In this document: one piece after another, positions 52,930 through 64,000 of the stretch
Numbering within the stretch: the stretch's first letter is position 1
How the letters are laid out: each line of letters begins with the position of its first letter
Program-made: the position numbers and the translations under genes
Assembly: GCA_038212275.1 (NCBI GenBank)
Contig: JBBQUR010000009.1
Location: 64,001-128,000 of the forward strand
Origin: Planctomycetota bacterium
GTDB taxonomy: Bacteria > Planctomycetota > B15-G4
Length of the DNA stretch: 64,000 nucleotides
Direction: 5' to 3'
The notes under the pieces: model-generated
What the model saw: the letters and a program-made list of their open reading frames with translations, nothing else
What the model was told of the DNA's origin: nothing
Database searches by the model: none

Positions 52930-54230
52930 TGAGGCACCGAGGGCCGACGGGGCGCCATGCTCGCTTCGCGTGGATCGGAGCGGCGCTGCTGATCAGCTGC
53001 TTCACGCTCTGCCCGGGCGACGCCCGCGGCCAGACGGCCGGCGCCCGTCCCGCCGGCATTCCCGAGCCGCTGCCGGGCGAGCCCCTGTGCGGCTGGTGCG
53101 GCACCACCGGGCGCACGCCGGTGGACGTCGACAGGAGCCTGAAGTCGGAGGCGGACAAGGGCGCCACCTGGTCGGTGCAGTTCTGCAGCGAGGCCATCGA
53201 CAGCGACAACTTCGGGCTCGACTGGCAGCCGTGCGCGCGCTGCAAGACGCCGTCGCTGCACGACCTCGCCGTGAAAAAGTACGACAAGCAGACGGGCGCG
53301 CTCAAGGCCTGGCTCGACGGACGGCGCAAGGTGGACGCGCAGGTGGGCGCCGAGTCGCCGCTGATCCACGTGCAGACGACGCACTTCCTCGTCACGTGGA
53401 ACGTGCCGAAGATCACGCTGACCAGCAAGCAGACGCTGCGCGCTCACGAAGCCGCGCACCTCTACGCGCGCCGCATGGAGGAGCTCTACGCGAAGTTCCA
53501 GGCCATGTTCGGCATCGTCGACACCGACAACATGCGCAACCTGCACTACCTCTACATCTTCGACGAGCCGGCGCAGGCTGCCATCGCGGGGCCGCTGTTC
53601 ACGGCCCTGTCGCCCGGCGATGCGGCGACGGTGAAGCGAGCCGGCGGAGCGAGCAACGACTCCGCGATCGTGACCTGGTGGGACCACAGCGAGTTCCCGA
53701 AGGACGCGGACATGTACCGCCACCAGATCCACAACGTCGTGCACGCGCTCACGGCGATCTACTACAACCCCACCTGGTTTCCGCCGGGCGTGATCGGCCT
53801 GTCGCCGCCCTGGCTCTCCGACAAGTACGGCTGGCTCGACGAAGGGCTCTCGCACTGGTTCGAGATCAACTTCGACGGGCGCGCGGCCACGTACTGCTTC
53901 CGCGAGCAGAACACGACGGCGCACTGGGGCAGCGACAACTGGAAGAAGAACATCTTCAAGGCCGTGTCCGCCGCCGACACGCCGTCCTTCTCCGAGGTCG
54001 TCACCAAACCGGGGCCGGCACTCAGCGCGCTCGAGCACCAGTTCGTCTGGTCATGGGTCGACTTCCTCCTGGCGCGCGACACGGCTGCCATGGGCAAGGC
54101 GCTCAAGCTCTGCAAGATGAAGGTCGAGACGCGCGACATCATCAAGCAGTGCTGGGGGCTGACCGTGCTCGACTTCGAGCAGAGCTGGGCCGCCTGGGTG
54201 CTCGAGAACTACTCGCCGACGAAGAAGTGA
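52929..54230 (+). CDS. Exported hypothetical protein with 2x CxxC and a gluzincin-like domain
   Basis: Signal peptide; CGWCGTTG...CARC; HNVVH...WLDEGLSHWFE...WSWVDFL. Confidence 0.7.
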   Translation: MRHRGPTGRHARFAWIGAALLISCFTLCPGDARGQTAGARPAGIPEPLPGEPLCGWCGTTGRTPVDVDRSLKSEADKGATWSVQFCSEAIDSDNFGLDWQPCARCKTPSLHDLAVKKYDKQTGALKAWLDGRRKVDAQVGAESPLIHVQTTHFLVTWNVPKITLTSKQTLRAHEAAHLYARRMEELYAKFQAMFGIVDTDNMRNLHYLYIFDEPAQAAIAGPLFTALSPGDAATVKRAGGASNDSAIVTWWDHSEFPKDADMYRHQIHNVVHALTAIYYNPTWFPPGVIGLSPPWLSDKYGWLDEGLSHWFEINFDGRAATYCFREQNTTAHWGSDNWKKNIFKAVSAADTPSFSEVVTKPGPALSALEHQFVWSWVDFLLARDTAAMGKALKLCKMKVETRDIIKQCWGLTVLDFEQSWAAWVLENYSPTKK

Positions 54231-54291
54231 AACGCCCGGCGTGCGCGCCGCGCCTCGCGCTCAGGCGCGACGGCGCGCGGGCGGTCGGCGC

Positions 54292-55806
54292 TCAGCCGTT
54301 CCACTGGTAATCCTTGCGGGCCAGCTTCTCGAGATTCGTCGACGCGTCGCGCTTCACGATCTCCATCGCGGCGCGGCGGTCCGCGTTGAGACCCGCCGTC
54401 GCGAGTTCGGCCTCGGACAGTTCGAGCGCGCGCTCGTAGAGCTCCTGCGCCCTGCCGTAGTCGCGGTGCAGATAGTAATGCAGGATCACCGCGGCGTCGT
54501 TGTGCACTCCCGGCTCGTCCGGCAGCAGCTTGAGCGCCTCGCTGTAGCCGCGCCAGCTCTCCTCGAAGCGGTTTGCGTCGCGGCAGACCAGGCCGTAGTT
54601 GTTCCAGAGGTTTCCGTCGGAGGTCTGCACGGCGAGGATCGCCGCGAGGATGTCGGCCGCATCGCCCGCGCGCGGCGGACGCGCGTTCGCCAGCGGCTCC
54701 ACCGCGTAGCCGAGGCTGGTGGCGACTGCCGTCTTGTCGGACTCGGCGCCGATCAGCCGGCCGAGCTGCGCCGCGTCGCGGTGCGTCATCTCGAGCAGCG
54801 CGTGGCTTGCGGCGTCGTACTTGCGTTCGTCCGCGTAGCGCTTCGCAAGGTGGTAGAGCGTCGTGAAGTCGCCCTTGGGGAATCGGTCGAGCACCTTGAG
54901 CGCGGCATTCACCGCGTTGGCGGCCTGGCCCTGCGACTCGTAGAGCCACGTCAGCTGCACCCACGGTTCGTAGCGATCCTTCGGCAGCAATGTGTCGGCC
55001 GCGATCAGATCCGAGATGGCGGTCGCGGCCAGGGTCGCCGCGCGCGGCTCGTTCCCGGCATCCTGCGCCGCCACGACGGCATACACCCCGGCGCAGCCGC
55101 GCAGCAGCAGCGCTTCGGCATCGGCGGGGTCGGCCGTGATGCGCGAACTGGCCGTCGAGAGCGCGGCGTCGAAATCGCCCAGCGTGTAGAGCTCGAAGCG
55201 GGCCAACTCGTCGGCAATGACATGATCGCCCGGTGGGGCGGCCCTGGCCGCGAGTTCGAGGTAGCTGCGCGCTTCGTCGTAGGCGAAGGAGATGTCATCC
55301 TGGCGTCGGCCGGTCTTCGCGAACTTGTCGCCGAGCGCGCGGTAGGCGCGACCCGCGGCGGCGAGCGCGTCGTAGCTCTTGCCGGAGGACAGGGCATCCA
55401 GCGTCTCGACGGCGCGTTCGGGCACGCCGGCCTTCACCTGGGCCTCGGAGAGCAGGATGCGGGCCGAGTCCTGATCGCCCTCGTGGCTGGCGAGCATGGC
55501 GTCGAGCAGCTCGAAGGCCTTGTCGAAGCGACCAGCCGCCACCAGTGCACGCGCCTCGGCCAGACGGCCGTCGATGCCGGCCGACGGCGTCGTCGGGAGG
55601 GCGGGCGTCGCAGGCGCGACCGGTGCGACTGGCGTGACCGGCGCGGCGGGTGCGACCGGAGCGACTGGTGCGGCGGGCGGGGCGGGTGCTTCGGGGACCT
55701 GCGCTACGGCATGCCTCGGCAGGGCGAGCGCCAGCGCGACCGCGAGCACGAGTCGGGATCGACTGAGAGTGTGATGCAGCGCGTCGGTCCCGAGGGTGTG
55801 TCGCAT
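54292..55806 (-). CDS. Exported TPR protein
   Basis: Signal peptide, Pro/Ala linker, helical TPR repeats. Confidence 0.8.
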   Translation of the reverse strand: MRHTLGTDALHHTLSRSRLVLAVALALALPRHAVAQVPEAPAPPAAPVAPVAPAAPVTPVAPVAPATPALPTTPSAGIDGRLAEARALVAAGRFDKAFELLDAMLASHEGDQDSARILLSEAQVKAGVPERAVETLDALSSGKSYDALAAAGRAYRALGDKFAKTGRRQDDISFAYDEARSYLELAARAAPPGDHVIADELARFELYTLGDFDAALSTASSRITADPADAEALLLRGCAGVYAVVAAQDAGNEPRAATLAATAISDLIAADTLLPKDRYEPWVQLTWLYESQGQAANAVNAALKVLDRFPKGDFTTLYHLAKRYADERKYDAASHALLEMTHRDAAQLGRLIGAESDKTAVATSLGYAVEPLANARPPRAGDAADILAAILAVQTSDGNLWNNYGLVCRDANRFEESWRGYSEALKLLPDEPGVHNDAAVILHYYLHRDYGRAQELYERALELSEAELATAGLNADRRAAMEIVKRDASTNLEKLARKDYQWNG

Positions 55807-55811
55807 GGTGA

Positions 55812-57341
55812 TCAGTGCTCCCTGGAGGGCGAACCGGCGGCGCGGATGGCTGCGTCGAGTTGCCTGGCGTCGGGCCGGTTGGGCGCCAGCGCGATCAGTT
55901 CGTCGCACTGGGCGCGCGCAGCGGCGATGTCACCCTGCTCCAGCTCGAGCTTGGCGAGGTTGAGCATCGCGTCGGTGTAGGCCTCGAAATTCTCCGCGTA
56001 GCGGTCCGCTTCGATGAACTGATTGGAGCACGCCGCCTTGCCCAGCTCGATGGAGCGGCGGAAGAGATCCTCGGCATGTCCGAGGTCGCGGTGCAGGTGA
56101 TAGAGCAGGATCAGGCCTGTGTCGTTCACCCAGCGCGCGTTGTCCGGCGCGAGTTCGATGCACTGCTGATAGGCCGCGTACGAGTCCTCGTACTGCGCGG
56201 TCTCGCGGCAGAAGAAGGCCAGATTGTTCCACCACTCGGCGCGGTTGTGCCTGCGCGCCATGCGACCGAAGTAGTCGCGGATGCCCTCGGGGCTGCCGCC
56301 CTGGAAGTACATGTCGCCCGTGAGGTTGACGCCGTTGATGGCATCGGGATCGTCGGGCAGCGCGTCGAGGGCCGCCGAGAAGTCGCGCTCGGCGGCTTGC
56401 AGTGCGGGCATCGCCGCAGCGAGTCCGCCGTCGGCCAGCGTCGCCTGCGCCAGGGCGTACTGCTGCCAGCCCGCATTGATGAGGCAGTCGCTGCGGCGCG
56501 AGGTCAGCTCCCAGGCATCCGCGAGAGGGTCGCGCTTGACGCGCTCGAACTCCGTCGCGCCACGCTCGAAGACGGCAGCGGCGTCGCTGATGTCGCCCTC
56601 GGCAGCGCGCTTGATGCCGCGGCTCAACAGCAGGTAGCCGCGCGTGGCCGTGGTGAGCGGGATGGCAGCGCCGGCCGGACCGGAGGTGCCGGCGGCCGCG
56701 GCAGCCGGCGCGGCGTCGAGCGCGGCAAGTACCACCGTGACGTCGGGGATCGCGTCCCTCCACGTGCGCGCCAGCTGGTGCAGCGGCGCCTGATCGGGCC
56801 ATCGTGTCAGGGCCGCGGCAAGCACCGCAGCGGCCTCCGCTGGCCGGCCCTCCTCAAAGAGTCGCGCGGCGAGCAGCTCCGAGGTCTGCGGGATCCTTCC
56901 TTCGACGGCGCGCAGGCTTGCGAAGGCCTCGTCGGGGTTCATGGAGATGGCAGCAAGCGTCGCGCGGGCGCCCGCCAGCAGGGGAGCCGTGGCCGCCGCG
57001 TCGGCGCCCTCTGCGGCCATCGCCGCCGCAAGTGCCTGTTCAGCCTGAAGTTGCAGCACCTCCTGAACGTCCAGCCACATCTCGGGATCCCGCTGGAGGA
57101 TGGCCGCGTCGAGTGCCTCCAGGGCGGGCGCCAGCAGGAGCTGAGCGGAGGTCTTGGGTGCCGTTGCGCCGGAAGCCGCACCGTTGACCGTTGTCGCGGC
57201 GGCCTGCGCCGGCGCGGCGGGAAGCGGCGGGGGCGCAGGAGGTGCAACCGGGGTCGGCATGGTGTTCGCCGGGGCGGCCGGTGCGTCGTGCGATGGAGCG
57301 GCGGAGCAGCCGACGAGCACGGCAAGCAATGACAGGGACAT
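55812..57341 (-). CDS. TPR lipoprotein, paralogue of the adjacent gene (start 57341 or 57386)
   Basis: Lipobox LVGC; Pro/Ala linker; TPRs. Confidence 0.8.
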   Translation of the reverse strand: MSLSLLAVLVGCSAAPSHDAPAAPANTMPTPVAPPAPPPLPAAPAQAAATTVNGAASGATAPKTSAQLLLAPALEALDAAILQRDPEMWLDVQEVLQLQAEQALAAAMAAEGADAAATAPLLAGARATLAAISMNPDEAFASLRAVEGRIPQTSELLAARLFEEGRPAEAAAVLAAALTRWPDQAPLHQLARTWRDAIPDVTVVLAALDAAPAAAAAGTSGPAGAAIPLTTATRGYLLLSRGIKRAAEGDISDAAAVFERGATEFERVKRDPLADAWELTSRRSDCLINAGWQQYALAQATLADGGLAAAMPALQAAERDFSAALDALPDDPDAINGVNLTGDMYFQGGSPEGIRDYFGRMARRHNRAEWWNNLAFFCRETAQYEDSYAAYQQCIELAPDNARWVNDTGLILLYHLHRDLGHAEDLFRRSIELGKAACSNQFIEADRYAENFEAYTDAMLNLAKLELEQGDIAAARAQCDELIALAPNRPDARQLDAAIRAAGSPSREH

Positions 57342-57482
57342 CGGGCGAAGCAGCAAGGTCTCGATCCGGAGAGAGGGGCGGACCATGCGCGGGGTGCGAT
57401 GGGAGAGCGCCGGTATATCCACGCGCCGCAGGTCGGGCAACTCGCGTGCGCCGCTCCCGAGGAGGCGTGGTAGAACGCCCGC

Positions 57483-58172
57483 GTGGCCGCTCGCGGACAT
57501 CCTGATCGTCGCGCACACGCGCTCGCTCTGCTTTCCGGCGGCCTCGACTCCACCGTGGCGGCAGCTCTCCATCAGGCCCACTCCGGCCCCGTGTCGCTCG
57601 GCTTCTTCGTGGATTGGGGTCAGCGCGCAGCCGGGCCCGAGCGCCGCGCCGCCCTGGCCGTCGGCGCGGCCCTCGGCTTTCCCGTGCTGACCACGACGCT
57701 GCCGCTGCTCGCCGAGATCACCGGGACGGCACTCGTGAGGCGCGACAAGCCGATGCCCCAGCCCGAGCCGGGGCGTCTGGACGCCGAGGAGGAAGCGCGC
57801 GCCAGCGCCGACGCCGTCTGGGTCCCCAATCGGAACGGCATCCTGGTCAATCTCGCGGCGGCGGTGGCCGAGGCGCGCGGCCTGGCTTCGGTCATCGTCG
57901 GCTTCAATGCGGAAGAGGCAGCCACCTTCCCCGACAACTCGGCCCGTTTCGTGGATCGCCTCAATGCCTGCCTTGCCGACTCGACCCGAGGGGCGGTGAG
58001 CGTGGTCTGCCCGACCCTGCACCTCAGCAAGGCGCAGCTGCTCGAGGCCGGGCTCCAGGCCGGCGCTCCGGTGCACCTGGCCTGGTCCTGCTACGAGGGG
58101 GGCGAGGCGCCCTGCGGCCGCTGCGAAAGCTGCCGGAGGCGGCAACGCGCCGAGGCGAGCCTGGCTTCCTGA
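57483..58172 (+). CDS. queC: 7-cyano-7-deazaguanine synthase
   Basis: [10 protein letters not shown]-x-GQR, WVPNRN, FPD, WSCY...PCG-x-CESC. Confidence 0.93.
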   Translation: MAARGHPDRRAHALALLSGGLDSTVAAALHQAHSGPVSLGFFVDWGQRAAGPERRAALAVGAALGFPVLTTTLPLLAEITGTALVRRDKPMPQPEPGRLDAEEEARASADAVWVPNRNGILVNLAAAVAEARGLASVIVGFNAEEAATFPDNSARFVDRLNACLADSTRGAVSVVCPTLHLSKAQLLEAGLQAGAPVHLAWSCYEGGEAPCGRCESCRRRQRAEASLAS

Positions 58173-58230
58173 GGCGCCAGCCGGTCGGCGTGTCGCCGGG
58201 GGGCGCAGTCCCGATCGGCCGGATGCCGCC

Positions 58231-58260
58231 TTGCCGCGCGACCCGGCACTCTGCTATTGT
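58231..58260 (+). promoter_or_regulatory. Putative rpsO promoter TTGCCG-N18-TATTGT with extended -10 TG
   Basis: Hexamers at 58231-58236 and 58255-58260. Confidence 0.55.
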
Positions 58261-58366
58261 TCGGCGAAATTCACAGACAAAGACAGGCAAGCACTCCGGC
58301 CATCGCCGGGGCACATCGGGTGTGGTGACGCGGAGACGAAGGACCGCACCCGGAAAGAAGACATCC

Positions 58367-58648
58367 ATGACCACGACGGTAGTTCACTCCCCGCGCATCG
58401 CGGAGTTTCAGGTCCATGCTGAGGACACGGGTTCCTGCGAAGTGCAGGTGGCCTTGCTCACCACGCGGATCGAAGGGCTGACAGGGCACCTGGGAACTCA
58501 TCCCAAGGACCATTCCACCCGACACGGGTTGCTCAAGCTGGTCGGCCAGCGCAACCGCCTGATGCGCTACCTGCAGCAGACCGATGTGAAGCGTTACGAC
58601 GCGCTCATCGGAAAGCTGGGTATTCGCGGCGTCCGCACCAGCGCCTGA
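58367..58648 (+). CDS. rpsO: 30S ribosomal protein S15
   Basis: [16 protein letters not shown]...HL-x-x-HPKDH...GLLKLVG-x-R-x-RL. Confidence 0.96.
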   Translation: MTTTVVHSPRIAEFQVHAEDTGSCEVQVALLTTRIEGLTGHLGTHPKDHSTRHGLLKLVGQRNRLMRYLQQTDVKRYDALIGKLGIRGVRTSA

Positions 58649-58767
58649 GCGGCGGTGCGGTGTCACGCTCCTGTCCCCATCCCACGCGTGTCCGGTGCTC
58701 CGTCCGGTGCGCGCTCCCCGGAGTCTGACCCCAGGCGGGGTTGCTCCGTACCCAAGGTTATCCATTC

Positions 58768-61365
<2,598 letters not shown>

Positions 61366-61430
61366 CCCGTCTCCTTGCCGGTGACGGCAGGTCTGCCCAC
61401 ACGGGCACCTGACAGCCGGCTCCGACAGCA

Positions 61431-61475
61431 CGAACCCCGTCCCGCGCGAAGGCGCAGGGCGGGGTTCGGCTTTTC
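61431..61475 (+). terminator. Putative intrinsic terminator after pnp
   Basis: CGAACCCCGTCCC...GGGCGGGGTTCG stem followed by GCTTTT. Confidence 0.6.
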
Positions 61476-61784
61476 ACGGGGCCGCTCGGGCGACGCCCGC
61501 GGTGCGGTGGCGCGATGCCGTACGAATTCACAAAGCCCGGAATGGCTCGAAAACTGCAGTGAAGTTCGGGCTTCGCGGCTCCGATGAACACGACGACGGC
61601 CTGTCGCTCGCAGGCTGTTCCGGGCACCGAAGGGCCCAAGAAAATCCATCGGAAGCGCGTGATTTCGACTCGGCTCCGCGCGGACTCGGCCCTATCCTGA
61701 CCGCCCGGCTCCACCATCCGGGCGCACGGCAGTGACCGCGCCCGGCAAGCCATCGTGATGCATCGAGTGATTTGGAGGTCGGGC

Positions 61785-62516
61785 ATGTCAGCATCGAGTG
61801 CGCCTCGGTTCGCCGTTCGCCGGCGGCTTGCCGCCAGTCGTGTGCTCGCGGCCTGCACGCTGCTCGCCGCGCTCGTCGCTGCGCGTCTCCCCGAGGTGCT
61901 GCCCGATGCCCTGCAGGTGGTCGGCCAGGTGCTGTATGGCACGATCGACAATGCGAAGTCGGCTGCGACCGTCGACATCATCACCGTCTATGCCAGCAAC
62001 CCGACGTACATGCGGATGCGTGGCGAGGGCCTGTCGCAGACTGATGGCGCCCGCGGCAGCCGGCTCTTCGCCGACGCGCAGGCCAGTACCAACAAGGCGC
62101 TGGTGAAGGTCGCCAAGGCCGCGGGCGTCGATGTCGTGACCGTGCCCGGCGGTGTCACCGGTGGCGACAAGCCTGCCGCCGATCTCACCGCTCAGGTCAT
62201 CGACCTGCTCCCGATCTACCACGTCGAGGGCAAGGTGCTCTCCGGCAACGCGGTGAACGCGCGGCTGCTCGCCGAGGTGGACACGGCGCAATTGCTCGCG
62301 GCGATTCCCGCGTGGCGCGAGGCCCAGGGACTCACCGAGGACCAGCCCAACTACCACTTCCTGCGCAAGAAGGCGCAGGAGACCTATGAGAAGGCGCTGC
62401 TCAAGGTGGCCCACGACGGCAGCTACGATGCCCTGGTGGAGCGCGGCGGCGTCACCTCGCGCCTCGGTCCCGTCCCGGATCTCACGCGCCTCGCCATCGA
62501 AGCGCTGCAGCTTTGA
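61785..62516 (+). CDS. Exported protein with two tandem Skp/OmpH-like repeats
   Basis: Signal/TM; two ~95-aa repeats each VD...P...KAL-x-KVA...D...GGV...DLT-x-x-x-I-x-x-L; start 61755 or 61785. Confidence 0.65.
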   Translation: MSASSAPRFAVRRRLAASRVLAACTLLAALVAARLPEVLPDALQVVGQVLYGTIDNAKSAATVDIITVYASNPTYMRMRGEGLSQTDGARGSRLFADAQASTNKALVKVAKAAGVDVVTVPGGVTGGDKPAADLTAQVIDLLPIYHVEGKVLSGNAVNARLLAEVDTAQLLAAIPAWREAQGLTEDQPNYHFLRKKAQETYEKALLKVAHDGSYDALVERGGVTSRLGPVPDLTRLAIEALQL

Positions 62517-63964
62517 CCCGACGGCTCTCCGCACGCGCCGCCACGGCCGGGGCCCTGCTCCTGCTGGTTGGCGCGGGACTGGCCGGCTGCGTCTCGGAGG
62601 ACGTCCAGCCCGACACCAGCGGCTGGTCCATCGACCCGGGAGCGGGCGGCGGCCTCGTCGTGGCGGGCGGTGCGCAGGACGCCCCGCCGGAGATTCCGGA
62701 GCCCACGGCCGCCGAGCGGGATGAACTCCTGGCGCTCATCAAGCCGGCCTCCGAGAAGGACCTCGAGCCGGACTTCCTCTCCGATCAGCCGCCGTCGCCC
62801 TTTCATCGGCTTGGGCGCAACGTCATCCGCGGGCTCGACGGGAGCTGGTCGCGCATCTACTCGTTGAAGACCGAGCGCAGCGACGGCGTGCTCCAGGTGC
62901 TGCAGGCGACGGTGCCCGGCTTTCCGGCCGAGCCGAACGTCGCCTTCCCGCCCGACGGCCTGCCCACGCAGATCACGAAGTGGGTCCTGCACAAGGACTT
63001 CTTCCAGGACACGATGGGCAAGCTCGGCGCGCGCGAGCCGCTTCCCAACCCCAAGATTTCCGACATGCTGGTGGTGACGGCGCCGCCCGAGACGCTGCTC
63101 TTCATCGATCAGCTCCTCGACAAGCTGCTGGCGGATCTGCCGCAGATCGAGATGCAGGTGCGCGTCGTCGAGATCAATCTCGATGACCTGCTCCAGTGGG
63201 ACACCAAGATCGGAGCCGCCAAGCTGGAGCAATCCGGCCAGCCCTTCGATGCCACGACCAATCCGGTGGACGGCCATTTCGGCGGTGGCTTCCCGATCCA
63301 GGATGGCGGCGAGGACACGGGCTTCGGCCTCGGCTTCGGCAGCTTCATCCCGCCGACGAACCTCACCGGCTTCCTGCTGAGCCTGCAGGGCGTCATCGAC
63401 GGCGTGCAGGTGGATGCGCTGCTCTCGCTGCTGCAGACCATCGGCGCGAGCGAGCTGATCCTGTCCCCGACGATCACCGTGCTGAACGGGCACCGTGCGC
63501 TCATCAACACCGGGCGCAAGGTGCCGATCTTCGCCGCAACGGGCCTTGGCAACTCGTCCCAGGTCACGGTCCAGTACGAGAACACGGGCGTCAAGGTGGA
63601 GCTGGTTCCGTTCATCGTGAACGAGGACGTGATTCGCGTGGACATCTCCGTGAACGTGTCCGCCGTGACGGGAGAAGTGCCTTCCGTCCTCGCGGGCGAG
63701 GTCGTGTTCAACCCGGTCATCAGCACGCGTGATGCAGGCACCACGGTGCACGTGCACAGCGGCCAGGTCTTCGCGCTGGGTGGCCTGCGCAGCCGCGAGT
63801 CCATCGAGACGATCACGAAGGTGCCTGTCCTGGGCGACATTCCGGTGCTGGGTTGGCTCTTCAAGAGCCGCTCGAGCCGGCTGCGGAACACCGAGATCGT
63901 GTTCTTCATCACCCCGACGATCCGGATCCCGAGCGAGACGCTCGTCGCCCCGCTGGGATCCTGA
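62513..63964 (+). CDS. Lipoprotein secretin (T2SS/T3SS/T4P secretin family)
   Basis: Lipobox LAGC; PQI...VRVVEI, LSP-x-I-x-VLNG-x-x-A-x-I-x-x-G, TGV-x-x-x-x-x-P, GQ...LGGL, KVPVLGDIPVLGWLFKS, EIVFFITP. Confidence 0.9.
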   Translation: MTRRLSARAATAGALLLLVGAGLAGCVSEDVQPDTSGWSIDPGAGGGLVVAGGAQDAPPEIPEPTAAERDELLALIKPASEKDLEPDFLSDQPPSPFHRLGRNVIRGLDGSWSRIYSLKTERSDGVLQVLQATVPGFPAEPNVAFPPDGLPTQITKWVLHKDFFQDTMGKLGAREPLPNPKISDMLVVTAPPETLLFIDQLLDKLLADLPQIEMQVRVVEINLDDLLQWDTKIGAAKLEQSGQPFDATTNPVDGHFGGGFPIQDGGEDTGFGLGFGSFIPPTNLTGFLLSLQGVIDGVQVDALLSLLQTIGASELILSPTITVLNGHRALINTGRKVPIFAATGLGNSSQVTVQYENTGVKVELVPFIVNEDVIRVDISVNVSAVTGEVPSVLAGEVVFNPVISTRDAGTTVHVHSGQVFALGGLRSRESIETITKVPVLGDIPVLGWLFKSRSSRLRNTEIVFFITPTIRIPSETLVAPLGS

Positions 63965-64000
63965 GCGCCGGCGACGCGAAGCGGGCCGTCGGGAGGCTTC

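Noticed and set aside
57483..58172. queC as part of a 7-deazaguanine DNA-modification or QatABCD defence system
   Set aside because: Ordinary length, housekeeping context next to rpsO, no dpd or qat partners

Overview
A very GC-rich window from a diderm bacterium; it encodes BamD, LptE, an MsbA-like ABC exporter and a secretin. A Planctomycetota affiliation is my inference from the gene repertoire, not something verified. Most of the window is core chromosome: xth, rnpB (RNase P RNA), ruvX/yqgF, aqpZ, recO-bamD-lptE-ftsH-folP, ispH-cdaA-cdaR-glmM-tsaB-alr-manC, hutI, ftcd, queC, rpsO-pnp. Uncharacterised exported proteins lie between these. No tRNA, rRNA, CRISPR array, integrase or transposase was seen. 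The strongest second-look signals are: (1) a ~120-aa C-terminal domain shared by two unrelated signal-peptide proteins 50 kb apart, a candidate sorting/anchoring domain; (2) a tandem 'mini-Skp/OmpH' protein coupled to a lipoprotein secretin; (3) a ~650-bp nested inverted-repeat element with compensatory changes between aqpZ and the MsbA-like gene; (4) a DUF4160/DUF2442 module after folP, followed by decayed copies of the folP 3' half, the DUF2442 3' end and the spacer; (5) a cdaA-cdaR-glmM c-di-AMP locus in a diderm; (6) PNPase with two S1 domains and an RGG tail; (7) several apparently leaderless genes and short tandem repeats at convergent stop codons. All family calls come from motif recognition by eye; no database search was run.
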